Below, in pieces: positions 63,380 through 64,000 of a stretch of DNA of 64,000 nt. Source of the DNA: Squalus acanthias (Eukaryota); assembly GCA_030390025.1 (NCBI GenBank), contig CM059432.1, forward strand, positions 127,536,001 to 127,600,000. The letters run 5' to 3'. The notes under the pieces are model-generated. The model had not been told where the DNA came from. It saw nothing but the letters and a program-made list of their open reading frames with translations, and did not search any database. The first letter of the stretch is position 1. Every line of letters starts with the position of its first letter. The position numbers were made by a program, and so were the translations under genes.

Positions 63380-64000
63380 GAGTGTTGGGGTTGCGGAGAG
63401 GTGTCATCAGCCAGGTGCAGAGTGGATAACCCTTGTCTCCGAGCAGCCAGCCGCGAGCTTCATGTGGTGGGTGGAACAGTGCTGGGACACCAGTCTGTCA
63501 CAGGATGAATGCATCGTGGCTGCTGCCAGGATAGCGGGCATTGACGGCGAGGATGCGCTGTCTGTGGTCGCACACCAACTGCACGTTCAGAGAGTGGTAG
63601 CCTTTGCGGTTGTGGAACACCTCTGCATTTTGATGAGGTGCCCGCAGTGCCATGTGGGTGCAGTCAATGGCGCCCTGAACCATGGGGAAGCCCGCTATCC
63701 TTGCAAAGCCACATAAGCATTCATGCTGTTTGTCTCTGGTCATGGGGAATGAGATGTACTCCCTTCTCCTTCTGTACAGAGCATCTGTGACCTCCCGGAT
63801 GCAGCAATGGACAGCGAACTGAAATGTTTGCAATATCCCCTGTTGAAGCTTGGAAGGAGATGCTGGCGTAGAAATTGAGAGCGACTGTGACCTTCACTGC
63901 CACTGAGAGAGACTTCCTGGTCCTGAGCTGAGGCTGGAGCTCTGGCTGCAGGAGGTGGCAGAGCTCTGTAACCACCTCCTTGCTGAAGCGGAGCCTTCTG
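63380..64000 (-). pseudogene. Harbinger (HARBI1-like) DDE transposase, disrupted
   Basis: [49 protein letters not shown]. Frameshift, stop and loss of the C-terminal catalytic Glu region. Confidence 0.92.

Larger units (their letters stand above)
60630..64000. mobile_element. PIF/Harbinger DNA transposon, two-gene type, degraded; runs off the window
   Basis: Left terminus gggggaaagatttggt. Convergent Myb/SANT gene (+) and DDE nuclease (-). Confidence 0.92.

Noticed and set aside
60957..64000. Domesticated host genes HARBI1/NAIF1/MSANTD
   Set aside because: A transposon terminus is present and both genes carry stops and frameshifts, so this is a decayed transposon copy.

Overview
Eukaryotic, repeat-rich vertebrate genomic DNA. 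The repeat mix (CR1, L2 and RTE LINEs, Deu-type and tRNA SINEs, Penelope-like elements, many Harbinger-type MITEs) suggests a cartilaginous fish; that is inference. Dispersed on the + strand, and largely invisible in the ORF track, are exons of a type-II ferlin gene (FerA/FerB, C2D and the following C2 region), most like FER1L4. It carries several apparent lesions: a GG donor, a +1 frameshift, a frameshift/stop exon, and exons I could not find, so it may be a decaying pseudogene. The introns hold nested retroelements, two multi-kb G-rich minisatellites and a degraded two-gene Harbinger transposon (Myb/SANT gene plus DDE nuclease). The most striking structures are two independent fold-back Penelope-like insertions, each bounded by a target-site duplication and carrying a mirror pair of minimal hammerhead-ribozyme motifs. 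Homology calls rest on my recall of protein families, not on database searches.
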